Shown piece after piece: positions 9,448-18,221 of a stretch of 64,000 nt of DNA. Positions within the stretch are counted from its first letter, which is position 1; each line of letters starts with the position of its first letter. Source of the DNA: an uncultured delta proteobacterium (GTDB lineage Bacteria; Myxococcota_A; Polyangia; Polyangiales; Polyangiaceae); contig CAWKKR010000005.1 of NCBI GenBank assembly GCA_963850305.1, forward strand, positions 1-64,000, written 5' to 3'. A program made the translations under genes and the position numbers. The notes under the pieces were generated by a model, which was not told the origin of the DNA, ran no database searches, and worked only from the letters and a program-made list of their open reading frames with translations.

Positions 9448-10020
9448 TCATCGTTTGCCTTGCTCGATCCGCCGTTCGCCCACGATCCACGGCAGCATCC
9501 GCGTGATGTTACGCGCGTCGTCGATGCCACGGTGATGCGCGCCCTCGAGCGGAAGGCCGCAGAGCTTCAGCGCCTCAGCCATCCCGGGCTTTTTCTTCAG
9601 CCCTTGCACTTTCGTGAACTCCGTCTTCAGATTCAGGTGCGGCGGCATGTTGTTCGGCACGCCGTGCAGCGTGCAGTCGCGTTCGAACTGGATGCGGTCG
9701 AAACGGCCCCAAGATCCGAACACGAGCGGATGCCGGTGATCGATGAGCCGAGAGCGCAGGCTGGCGAAGGCTTCGGGGAAAAGCGGCGCCCCGTCCACCA
9801 TCGCCTGCGTGATGCCGGTGAGCGTGGTCACGAAAGGGAGGAGTCTCGGACGCCGGACTGGACGTACGAACGATTGAAACTCGTCCACGACGGCTAGCGT
9901 CTGCGCGTCCGCGAGCACGGCGCCGATCTCGATGGTCTCCATCTGCGAGGGCGGTAGCGAGCCGTCGTCGCTGGTCGTCGCCTCGAGATCGATGACGAGG
10001 TAGAAGCGCGGGGCGGTCAT
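9448..10020 (-). CDS. DEDDh 3'-5' exonuclease (ERI-1/KapD-like)
   Basis: LVIDLEATT, ETIEIGAV, FQSFVRP, LTGITQ, SWGRFDRIQF, HHRGIDDARN; start ATG 10020. Confidence 0.92.
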   Translation of the reverse strand: MTAPRFYLVIDLEATTSDDGSLPPSQMETIEIGAVLADAQTLAVVDEFQSFVRPVRRPRLLPFVTTLTGITQAMVDGAPLFPEAFASLRSRLIDHRHPLVFGSWGRFDRIQFERDCTLHGVPNNMPPHLNLKTEFTKVQGLKKKPGMAEALKLCGLPLEGAHHRGIDDARNITRMLPWIVGERRIEQGKR

Positions 10021-10130
10021 GGCTCCCGCCGCTTCAGCCGCTCGATGCTCTCGATCGCGCGTTGCATTCGTTCGCGCCCGACGCTGTTCGCCGAGTGGAT
10101 CTTGATCGTCGGCGGTTCGAACGCTCGGCG
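10017..10130 (-). pseudogene. C-terminal fragment of a cyclic-phosphate-processing receiver (cREC) domain protein
   Basis: AFEPPTIKIHSANSVGRERMQRAIESIERL* overlaps the exonuclease start (ATGA); the N-terminus is replaced by an IS4 fragment. Confidence 0.65.
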
Positions 10131-10310
10131 TCGAGTCGGGACTTCGGCACCGTGGTGAACAAGACAACATAGCTTGCCGCTTCTCGGTCGAGGTCCGAGA
10201 CTCTCGTGCCGCGCTCGCGAACGAGTCGAGCGCGAGCCGTCTCGGCTTGCGGCTCCGGGAGGCGCATCACGACGAGCCGACCAGCGATCTTCTGGTCTCG
10301 TTCCTTGCAC
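10131..10310 (-). pseudogene. IS4-family transposase internal fragment
   Basis: GRLVVMRLPEPQAETARARLVRE...AASYVVLFTTVP resembles the IS4 DDE segment RLvaxRLPxxxAexaRxR...YvllxTnlP. Confidence 0.65.
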
Positions 10311-10319
10311 GACCACGTG

Positions 10320-10697
10320 TCTCCAATACTGAGCGAGAGCGACGCTCTCACGTGGTGGAACTACGCTGGCGGCAAAGCCAATCTCCTCCTTGCTCGCCTC
10401 GTGGAGACCGAGCTCGGCGGGCAGTGCGTCGTGCGCAACAGCAGCATCACTTGCAAAGCGGAAGCGGGGCGGAGCGTAGTCGCACTCGAGGAAGTCATCC
10501 GGAAGCTCGCGGTGGAAGGCCGACCGAATCTTCAGGACGCGCTTCGATTTGCCCAGTCGTGTCTCGGTAAACAGCGGCTCTCGAAGTTTCAGCCGTGCCT
10601 CCCGGAAGCGCAGCTCAATGAGTTCTTGGGTGAGGCATTGGATTATCGGGGGGCGGCGAAGGCATGTCAGCGTATAGAGGAGAGGCTATTAAGCTAA
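10320..10697 (+). pseudogene. C-terminal remnant of an Lhr-like DEAD/DEAH helicase (BrxHI-like)
   Basis: LTWWNYAGGKANLLLA and RLSKFQPCLPEAQL are typical C-terminal motifs; no helicase core upstream. Confidence 0.6.
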
Positions 10698-10722
10698 TGA
10701 GCGGGTTTAAAGGTAGGGATCC

Positions 10723-11440
10723 ATGAAGATGCTTTCGGGGTTCAAGGTAGTCGCCGCCTTCGACGAGATCGTCGATCGTGCTGAGCGCACGATTGTGATC
10801 GTCACACCGTATTTCGACCCGTGGCCGCATCTCGCCCAGATCCTCCTCCAAAAGCTGGATCGGAAGGTCCCTGTGGATATGCTCCTCCGCGGTGGTGAGG
10901 ACCGGGAGAAGGGTGCGACAGCCGCGGAGCACTTCGTTCAACGGGGCGCCCGCGTGCAGTTTCTCGATCGTCTCCACGCCAAAGTCTACTTGAGCGAGCA
11001 GCAAGCCCTTCTCACATCGATGAACCTCCTCAAGTCGTCGCGAGACTCTTGGGAAGCTGGCACCCTGTTCGACGCGACGGAGGACGCCGCGAGCTACCAG
11101 GAGATCGCGGCGCTGGCGGGTGGCCTCTTCCAGACGAATAAACCTTCCGGCCACGTCGGAAGGCATGAGGTCGCGAGGAACGTCCGAGGTGACAGGCGCG
11201 TCAGCCTCCGCGCGCCAGCGTTCGAAACGAAGCCAGGGGAGCGCCGCCGGTCACTGCATTAGGTGCGGAGAGTCCGTCAAACCCAATCCTGAGAAGCCCC
11301 TCTGTCGAGACTGCTTCGGGTTGTGGGCAGAGTACAAGAACGAGGACTATGCGGAACACTTCTGCCACCTGTGCGGCCGAGAGTCGGGCACTTCGGTGGC
11401 GAAGCCTCTGTGTCGTCCTTGCTGGGATAAGACGGCCTGA
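10723..11440 (+). CDS. PLD-superfamily (Nuc-like HKD) protein with C-terminal tandem zinc ribbons, one frameshift
   Basis: IVIVTPYF, LHAKVYLSE..ALLTSMNL in ORF 10723; GHCIRC..KPLCRDC..FCHLC..KPLCRPC in ORF 11120. Confidence 0.8.
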
Positions 11441-11897
11441 ACAGCAGTCGTTCGGTGTGGTTATTGATTGGCACGGTAACCGGACGACCGGTGCGCTCCG
11501 AGGCGCGCGTCGGCAAGGTACCGAGGGAGCTCGGACACGACGTGAAGTTGTTCTCGAAAACCTGGCGACACCTACCCGAGCAAAGCTCCCCCCGCCTCGG
11601 GAGACTGACACACCCTCTCAGGTGCGCCCGGACGATCACTCCCGAGGCATTTCCCACACGAGGCCCATGACCAACGAGAGTGATCTGCCCTCCGACGGTT
11701 GGTCCGCCGTGGCAGCCGCCCTCCGTAGCTGTGCATCGGCACTCGCCGAGCTCGCGACGGCGATGACGGTGCTCGTCGCGAACCGGAGGGTCGAGCGACG
11801 TCGGTCCCGAAGCGCCGCAGCCATGGCACGCTGTCGGTACTGCGTTTCGGCGAAACCAAGCGAGGTGGATGGGCACTTTTTGCGAGAAATAGTGGGG

Positions 11898-11926
11898 TTG
11901 ACAAGTCAGGAAACCCGCTGCAAGCT
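11898..11926 (+). promoter_or_regulatory. Sigma70-type promoter of the XRE-kinase-TPR operon, with a palindromic operator over the -35
   Basis: TTGACA-17 bp-CAAGCT, 6 nt before GTG 11933 (leaderless); TGAC-AA-GTCA palindrome at 11899..11908. Confidence 0.6.
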
Positions 11927-11932
11927 CTGGAC

Positions 11933-12226
11933 GTGGCATCCAAGCTTGGTTCGTTTCTTCGAGGTGCTCGGGAGACCCGAGGTCTCGGGATAAAACGTGC
12001 CGCCCCGGAGATCGGAGTCACTTATTCCTACTTAAGCAAGTTGGAAAATGGCCTCGTAACGCCGTCGGAAGAGACGGTGGGCAAGCTTGCGGAATATTAC
12101 GATCTGAATGCCGAAATGCTTGGAGTTCTGGCTGGACGTCTCCCCGACGATGTCGTGAAAATTCTGGAAGGGGACCCGGAAGGCGCGATCACTGACTTGA
12201 GGGCGCGCTTTGGCTCTAGCCCGTAA
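11933..12226 (+). CDS. XRE-family HTH transcriptional regulator
   Basis: LGSFLRGARETRGLGIKRAAPEIGVTYSYLSKLENG..PSEETVGKLAEYY. Confidence 0.92.
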   Translation: MASKLGSFLRGARETRGLGIKRAAPEIGVTYSYLSKLENGLVTPSEETVGKLAEYYDLNAEMLGVLAGRLPDDVVKILEGDPEGAITDLRARFGSSP

Positions 12227-13297
12227 CCAGATCCTTGCGTACGTGCCGACTTGTGCCCCTGTGAACGGGCTCTACGAGAATATTTCTGCCATCGACGGGA
12301 ATGGCGGAACGGGCTTTTTTTCAGTGGTCTTCCGGAGCACCGAATGCGTGACCGGACGCCAAGTTGCTCTCAAGTTTTTTGTAGATGGGAATGACACCTA
12401 CAGAAGGGCTTCGTTCGATCGCGAAGCGCGACTCTTGTCGACCATATTTCGCGGAGAACCTTTGTTCGTTCAAGCCATGCGTCCCCAGGAGAATCTAGTT
12501 CTCACTGTTCCCTTCCCCGGTTTGGGGAACGTTAATTGGGATCTGCCTTATGTGGCGTTCGAATGCGATTCCGAACGGGAACGTTGAGAAGTTCTGCGGC
12601 CGTCCTACGTCCGTTCACGAGATTTCACGGCGCCTCCGCGTTTTTCGTCGCATGTGTCGATGCGTTTCGAGGATGCATCATCTCGGGTGCGGGCACCGAG
12701 ACTTGAAGCCCGGGAACTTTTTTGTCGGTGCAGGCGACGTAATCAAACTCGGTGACTTTGGCACAGCGCGACTTTTCACTCCCTTGGAACCGTCTCTCGT
12801 CCAGATGTACGCCGGTCCGGTTGGCGATTTGCGTTATGCCGCACCGGAGGCTCTTGCGTGTCTAAACGTGAACACTGCGTTTTCGCAGCGTGCCGATGTC
12901 TACGCCCTGGGCGCGATCCTCTTCGAGATGCTGACGGGGCGACCCCTTTTTGAAGAGATATGGCGGAATATCGGCCAGCTTCACCAGTTCTCGCTCTCTA
13001 TGGCGACGGTCGGCGAGCAACAGAGGGAGAAGGTGTTTCTGGGGCTTATTGACAAGACGTCATGGTCGATCCCGCAAGTACGGGCGCTGAATCCGGACAT
13101 ACCCCGATGTGTGCACCACCAATTAGAATCAGGTGGTTGCGGAATTGGCTCAACTCGACTTTCGAAAGCGTGAACTGGGGCTCACCCATGTGCATCGGTT
13201 GACGCGCATTTGTGAATTACTATTACTGCAAGAAGAGCGACGACGCGCGAGAAGACTTCGCCGAGAACAGTCGCTAGGAGCTACGGTCGATGCTTGA
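12210..13297 (+). CDS. Cytoplasmic Hanks-type Ser/Thr protein kinase (two frameshifts)
   Basis: GGTGFFSVVF, VALKFF, FDRE, HRDLKPGN, KLGDFG, YAAPE, DVYALG across ORFs 12210 and 12550; manually read tail ends at TGA 13295-13297. Confidence 0.88.
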
Positions 13298-15067
13298 AAC
13301 CCTCACTGCGAACCCGCAGCCTCATCGTGTGCCCACTCGGGGACCGAGCCGCGTATTGCACTCAGCCCGAACACGGAGGAAGTGTTCCAGCAGGATGAGC
13401 CACTGCTTGTGGGCGGCCCACAGCTCAATATCGTGTCCGAGTCGAAATTGACTGTTCTCGGGAGTCCCGACGGTCTCGTTTCGAAGACGGCGGAGCGCGC
13501 ATTTTTTGAAGAACACTTCGTGCGGTACGAAGTAGAGGCACTAAAGAGGGCGCCGCTGGACCCGTCTCGTGCCGTTAGGGTGGCTATCGGATTTTTAGCG
13601 ACAGGTTCGGCCGAAAAGGCCCTGGAGGTTCTGGAGCCTTGAGTGAGACCTCCGACTATTGGGTGCGTCACTATTGCGGTATTGCAAAGGCAAGGCTTGG
13701 GCGGTGGAGCGAGGCCGAGTCGGCGTTCAAAAATTGGCAACGGAAAGAGCCTTGGACCATCGACCGTTTCAGGCGTGGGGGCGGACTTATGCAGCAGCGG
13801 AAATTTGTGGAGGCAAAAGAGGTTTTGGATCGCGCTCGCGAGAAGCCGGATGTGGATGCATTCACGCTCAATGATTGCGCCGTCGCGGCGATCGAGAATC
13901 GGGATTTGCGCGGGGCTTTGAGACTATTGCGGCGTGCTCTCCGCATAGATGATGCTTGCACGGTAGCGCTCAACAATGCGGCAGTATGCTATCAGTTGCA
14001 GGGTTTCAAAGAGAAGGCAAAGCGGCTGTATCTTGCTGCATTGCATACCGACCCTGATTGCGTGTCAGCGGTACATAATATTGCCGAGGCGTACATTTTG
14101 GAGCGGGATTTCGGCGCAGCCATTGGGCTGTTGGATGAGTACAGGAAGCGGCATCCAGCGGACATGCGCGTACTGGAGCGGCTGGCGTGGGCGCATGGGT
14201 GTCTGGGGAGTCGTGATAAAGCGATCAGCCTTTTGCGTGAAGGCGTGCAAATTAGCAGCGAAAAAATCCGACGCTGCTTAACAATCTCGGCGTAGCGCTG
14301 TGGGCAAAAAGTCGGCTGGATCTCGCCGAGCCTGTATATCGCAAGGCAATTCAGTTGGATGCGGTGAAGTTGGATTTTCGGCTGAATTATGCCTATTTGA
14401 TGGCGGCGCGGCAGAGGTGGGCAGACGTCTTAATGCTGCTTCCGTCGCCAGAGGAGATGCGCGGGAATGTTGATGCCGGTGTTGCTTCGTTAACGCGTTG
14501 GTGTGTCATGGGGCATGCGAAGATGCAAAGCGGGAATTGGTTGATGCAAGGAATGCATTCCCGGACGACCCAGGCTCATCACATGGCTGGGATTCTTGTT
14601 GGCCTCTCGCGTGAACGAGCTGGACGCTGCGATCTCGCTGCTGTCAGAAGGGAACAGAAAGCATCCGGCGGATTGAGTATCGTCAACAATCTCGCCTATG
14701 CCCTGCTAAAGAAGGGGAATCTGCCAGAGGCCGAGCAGTGCTGGAACCGCACAAGCCGCAAATCGATATGCCGACGCATCCGGTAGGAGTGTTGCTGCGG
14801 GCGACGTGGGGATTGCTGCGGATTCGTGAAATGCATTCGATGAAGGCATGCGGTTCTATGGATAGCCCGGCGGCAAGCTCATGGAAATCTGGCAGACCGA
14901 ATCGAAGAGAAGATGCTTGTTGAGCGGGGCCGGTACCTGTTGATGAACGGTAATGGCGGGAGGCCGAGGGTCTGTTAAAGAAGGCCATTCGAACCGGGGC
15001 AGACGTCGAATTTGAGCGCGAAGCAGGAGAATTGCTGGCGTTTTGTGGTGCCCGAGGGAGTGCGTGA
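13290..15067 (+). CDS. Large TPR-repeat protein (multiple frameshifts)
   Basis: AGGAG RBS and ATG 13290 overlapping the kinase stop; TPR helices (ALNNAAVCYQLQG, AVHNIAEAY, LNNLGVAL, VNNLAYALLKKG) in ORFs 13382, 13639, 14355 and 14738. Confidence 0.8.
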
Positions 15068-15115
15068 GCGGTCGCGGCCAAGTGCACGTCTAGTAGGCGG
15101 TTCGACTCCGTGCGC

Positions 15116-15860
15116 TCAGTTTCTGACACGGTGAAAGTCGTGATTCCCGCCACTTCCGCGACGTTTACAACTGAAGGCGTCTCCTTGGGGATTCGAACCC
15201 CCGACAAAGACGGCGCGCCCGAGGGGCGTCCTCGTCGACGCGGACGACGCCGTGGCCGTAAGGGCCTCTAAGAGCAATCCCTCGCCCGCACCGCGCTCGT
15301 GCAGCGTCTCGCGCTCCATGTACCCGCGTGCGACCCGTTCGGACCGGTGTCGGGTCGTGCCCATGATCGTGTCCAAATCCTTCCCATGCCGGGCGGCGGT
15401 CGTGATGAAACCCGAGCGGAGCGAATGCGCTCCGAAATCGCTTAAGCGAGGCCCGCCAACCTCGCGTACAGCGAACGCGGTCGCGCACCGCCGACGGCGA
15501 AAGCCGCTCGCCGATTTGCTGGTGCTGCCCAAGCTGCCGGAAGATCGGGCCCTCGACGATGCTGCTCGCTGCGAGCCAGGCGTCGAGCGACCGCATCGGG
15601 CAGTGCTCAAGAAGGTTGTGAAGAAGATCGGAACCTCCTCGCCCCGGCGTTCCTGGTCCGTCTTGCTCAGCGCGACGAACACGACGCCACCCTTCGGCGC
15701 GCGTGTGACGTCGGCACTCGAGCGCAACGAGTTCGGCGTCGTCGAAGCGCCGCACACCAACCGATCGTCGAGGAGCGCTGAATCCGTATCGTTGCGTACC
15801 GAGGTCGCTGCGCCGTCACCGGGAATGACTGCCCCGACGTTCTAGAAGCGGCTCACATTC
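15116..15860 (-). pseudogene. Cre-like tyrosine recombinase/integrase remnant (N-terminally truncated, frameshifted)
   Basis: ELVAL, SKTDQERRG, CPMRSLDAWL..EGPIFR, FGAHSLRSGFITTAA, TRHRSERVARGY (H-x-x-R, H and Y catalytic residues). Confidence 0.85.
15176..15202 (-). mobile_element. att-like core identical in form to a tRNA 3' end (tRNA-Glu-like)
   Basis: Minus strand GGGGGTTCGAATCCCCAAGGAGACGCC = T-arm + acceptor strand + discriminator G + CC; no 5' tRNA half present. Confidence 0.7.
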
Positions 15861-16114
15861 GGCCGTACAGGGGGCCACAATCCAACGCAACGACGAACGG
15901 TTTGCTCGTCCGAATCTGCACGGTTACTTTCGCGACGACATCTGCGAGTCACTCTGGCGGCTCGGACGCAGCCAATGGTTCGCGGTGGACGTTCCGTAGA
16001 GCGGCCCATCGGTCGGCCGCAATCGTGGCGCCTAGAGTGCACGATCTGCGCGTTGCCCTCGAACAGTCGAGAACGCCGTCGGCAGAAGTGAGGAGCCCTG
16101 TCGGTTCGAGTGAG

Positions 16115-16130
16115 CGGTATCCTCCTTGCA
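16115..16130 (+). promoter_or_regulatory. Sigma54 -24/-12 promoter
   Basis: CGGTATCCTCCTTGCA (GG-N10-GC), ~100 bp upstream of the STAS gene. Confidence 0.6.
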
Positions 16131-16233
16131 CCGTGGGTGTAGCGCATGTCGGGACGGATTAAGACGAAGCGCGAGCGGAGCCGTCATCCCAGTGCGGTCC
16201 GCGTGACGCCCGAACTCAGCAAAGGAGTCTGCG

Positions 16234-17004
16234 ATGCTCGAGAAACTGAGCGATATCCCGCAAGGGCTCGACGGCGTGAGAGCCGTCGGAAGGCTATCCA
16301 AGGAGGACTACGAGAAGGTGCTCGAGCCGCTTCTCGGCGAGGCGCGACAAGTCGGTCGTCGCGTTCGGTTCCTCTACGAACTCGGTCCAGACTTCGAGGG
16401 ATTCACCGCAGGCGCGGCGTGGGAAGACGCGAAGGTAGGTCTTCAATACCTGAGGCTCTTCGAGGCATGCGCCATCGTCACCGATCTTGATTGGATTCGA
16501 GACGCGACGAAGGTCGCAGGCTTCATGATGCCGTGCCCGGTCCGGGTCTTTGGGAACAAAGAGCGCGATAAGGCGATCGAGTGGCTCCGTTCGCTCCCCG
16601 AGGGCGCCGCCGTGACTCACCGTCTCATGGCCAACGCTGGCGTGATGGTGGTCGAGTTGACGAAACCGTTGCGGGCACAGGATTTCGACGCCATGGCGCT
16701 CACGGCGGACGCGTGGATCGAGGCCCACGGCACCCTTCAGGGGCTAGTCATGCACGCCCGCGAGTTCCCCGGCTGGGAGAACGTGGGTAGCTTTCTCCGC
16801 CACGTCCAGTTCGTGCGCAACCATCATCGGAAGATCGAACGGATCGCCCTTGCAGTGGACGGCAGGTTGGCCACCCTGGCGCCTCACCTCGGCGAGCACT
16901 TCGTCCACGCGGAAGTGAGGGGCTTCGGCTACGGCGAGCTCGACGCAGCGATCGCATGGGCGAGCGGTTCTGCGAGCGGTAACGAGCCTCCGCGCACCGT
17001 ATGA
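16234..17004 (+). CDS. Tandem STAS/SEC14 (SpoIIAA-like) domain protein
   Basis: Two repeats: GRLSKEDY..FEGFTAGAAWEDAK..CAIVTD and LRAQDF..FPGWEN..IERIALAVD. Confidence 0.85.
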   Translation: MLEKLSDIPQGLDGVRAVGRLSKEDYEKVLEPLLGEARQVGRRVRFLYELGPDFEGFTAGAAWEDAKVGLQYLRLFEACAIVTDLDWIRDATKVAGFMMPCPVRVFGNKERDKAIEWLRSLPEGAAVTHRLMANAGVMVVELTKPLRAQDFDAMALTADAWIEAHGTLQGLVMHAREFPGWENVGSFLRHVQFVRNHHRKIERIALAVDGRLATLAPHLGEHFVHAEVRGFGYGELDAAIAWASGSASGNEPPRTV

Positions 17005-18221
17005 ACAGCGACAAGGACGCGCGCGTGGTCGTCACGATGAACGGTGGCTCGTCGAGCCTGAAGTTCAGCGTGACCACTGCTGCCGGCGCGCCGCGACGGT
17101 TGCTTCGGGGGGTCGTCTCATCAATCGGTGCCGAAGGGGCGACGCTCTCTCTCGAGAGGGTGGGCGGTGAGATGGAGTCGCAAGCCGTGCCGGGTATCGA
17201 TTACCCGGAGGCTGCCCGCATCGTCCTCTCACAGCTCGGACCGTACGGCGGCCCTGGGAGAATCGCGGTGGTCGGGCATCGCATCGTTCACGGCGGTCCG
17301 AACCACGATGGCGCAACCCGCGTCACTCCGAAGCTCCTCGAGGAGCTTCGGGCACTTGCATCCCTCGACCCCAATCATCTACCGGCGGAGCTCGCGATCG
17401 TCGAATCGACGACCGCGCGCGCGCCGTCCGTTCCACAGGTCGCTTGCTTCGACACTGCCTTTCACCGGACGATGCCGCGCGTGGCGCGGATGCTCGCGCT
17501 CCCGAGAAGGTACGAGACGTTCGGCGTTCGGCGATACGGCTTCCATGGGCTCTCGTTCACCTTCCTGATGGAGGAGCTCGCCCGTGTCGCCGGGGACACC
17601 GCAGCGCGTGGGCGAGTCGTGCTGGCGCACCTCGGCGCGGGCGCGAGTCTCGCGGCCGTGCGCGACGGGATGTGCGTCGACACCACGATGGCGTTTACGC
17701 CGACATCGGGTGTCATGATGGCGACACGGTCCGGGGACCTCGACCCAGGCCTGCTCGTTTGGCTCCTCCGACATGAACGCCTCACCGTCGATGCGCTCGA
17801 TGATCTCGTGAACCACCGCGCTGGGCTCCTCGGAGTCTCCGAGACGACGGGAGACATGCGTACTCTCCTTGCGTGCGAGTCAAACGACCCGCGTGCCCAA
17901 GAGGCGGTCGCGCTGTTCTGTTATCAGGTGCGGAAGGCGATCGGTGCCCTGGCGACCGCCATCGGCGGCCTCGACACGCTCGTTTTCTCGGGCGGGATCG
18001 GCGAGAAGGCGTCCGTGATCCGCGCGCGGGTCGGACAGAGCATGGAACACCTCGGCATCGCGATCGACGAACGGTCCAACGCTTCGAGCGCGCCGGTCAT
18101 TTCCCCGGATTCGAGCGCGTGCGTCGTGCGCGTGATTGCGACCGACGAGGAGTCCATCATCGCGCGCGAAGCGCTCAGTGTCGTCGCAGAGAGTGCGACC
18201 TCTCGCCAAGGAGCAAATTGA
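17001..18221 (+). CDS. ackA: Acetate/propionate kinase
   Basis: [58 protein letters not shown]. Confidence 0.95.
   Translation: MNSDKDARVVVTMNGGSSSLKFSVTTAAGAPRRLLRGVVSSIGAEGATLSLERVGGEMESQAVPGIDYPEAARIVLSQLGPYGGPGRIAVVGHRIVHGGPNHDGATRVTPKLLEELRALASLDPNHLPAELAIVESTTARAPSVPQVACFDTAFHRTMPRVARMLALPRRYETFGVRRYGFHGLSFTFLMEELARVAGDTAARGRVVLAHLGAGASLAAVRDGMCVDTTMAFTPTSGVMMATRSGDLDPGLLVWLLRHERLTVDALDDLVNHRAGLLGVSETTGDMRTLLACESNDPRAQEAVALFCYQVRKAIGALATAIGGLDTLVFSGGIGEKASVIRARVGQSMEHLGIAIDERSNASSAPVISPDSSACVVRVIATDEESIIAREALSVVAESATSRQGAN

Noticed and set aside
11668..11993. Hypothetical ORF with CRYC upstream of XRE
   Set aside because: No recognisable family, and it runs through the XRE promoter; not supportable as a gene.
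15176..15202. Complete tRNA gene
   Set aside because: Only the T-arm and acceptor 3' strand are present; no D-arm, anticodon arm or complementary 5' acceptor strand.
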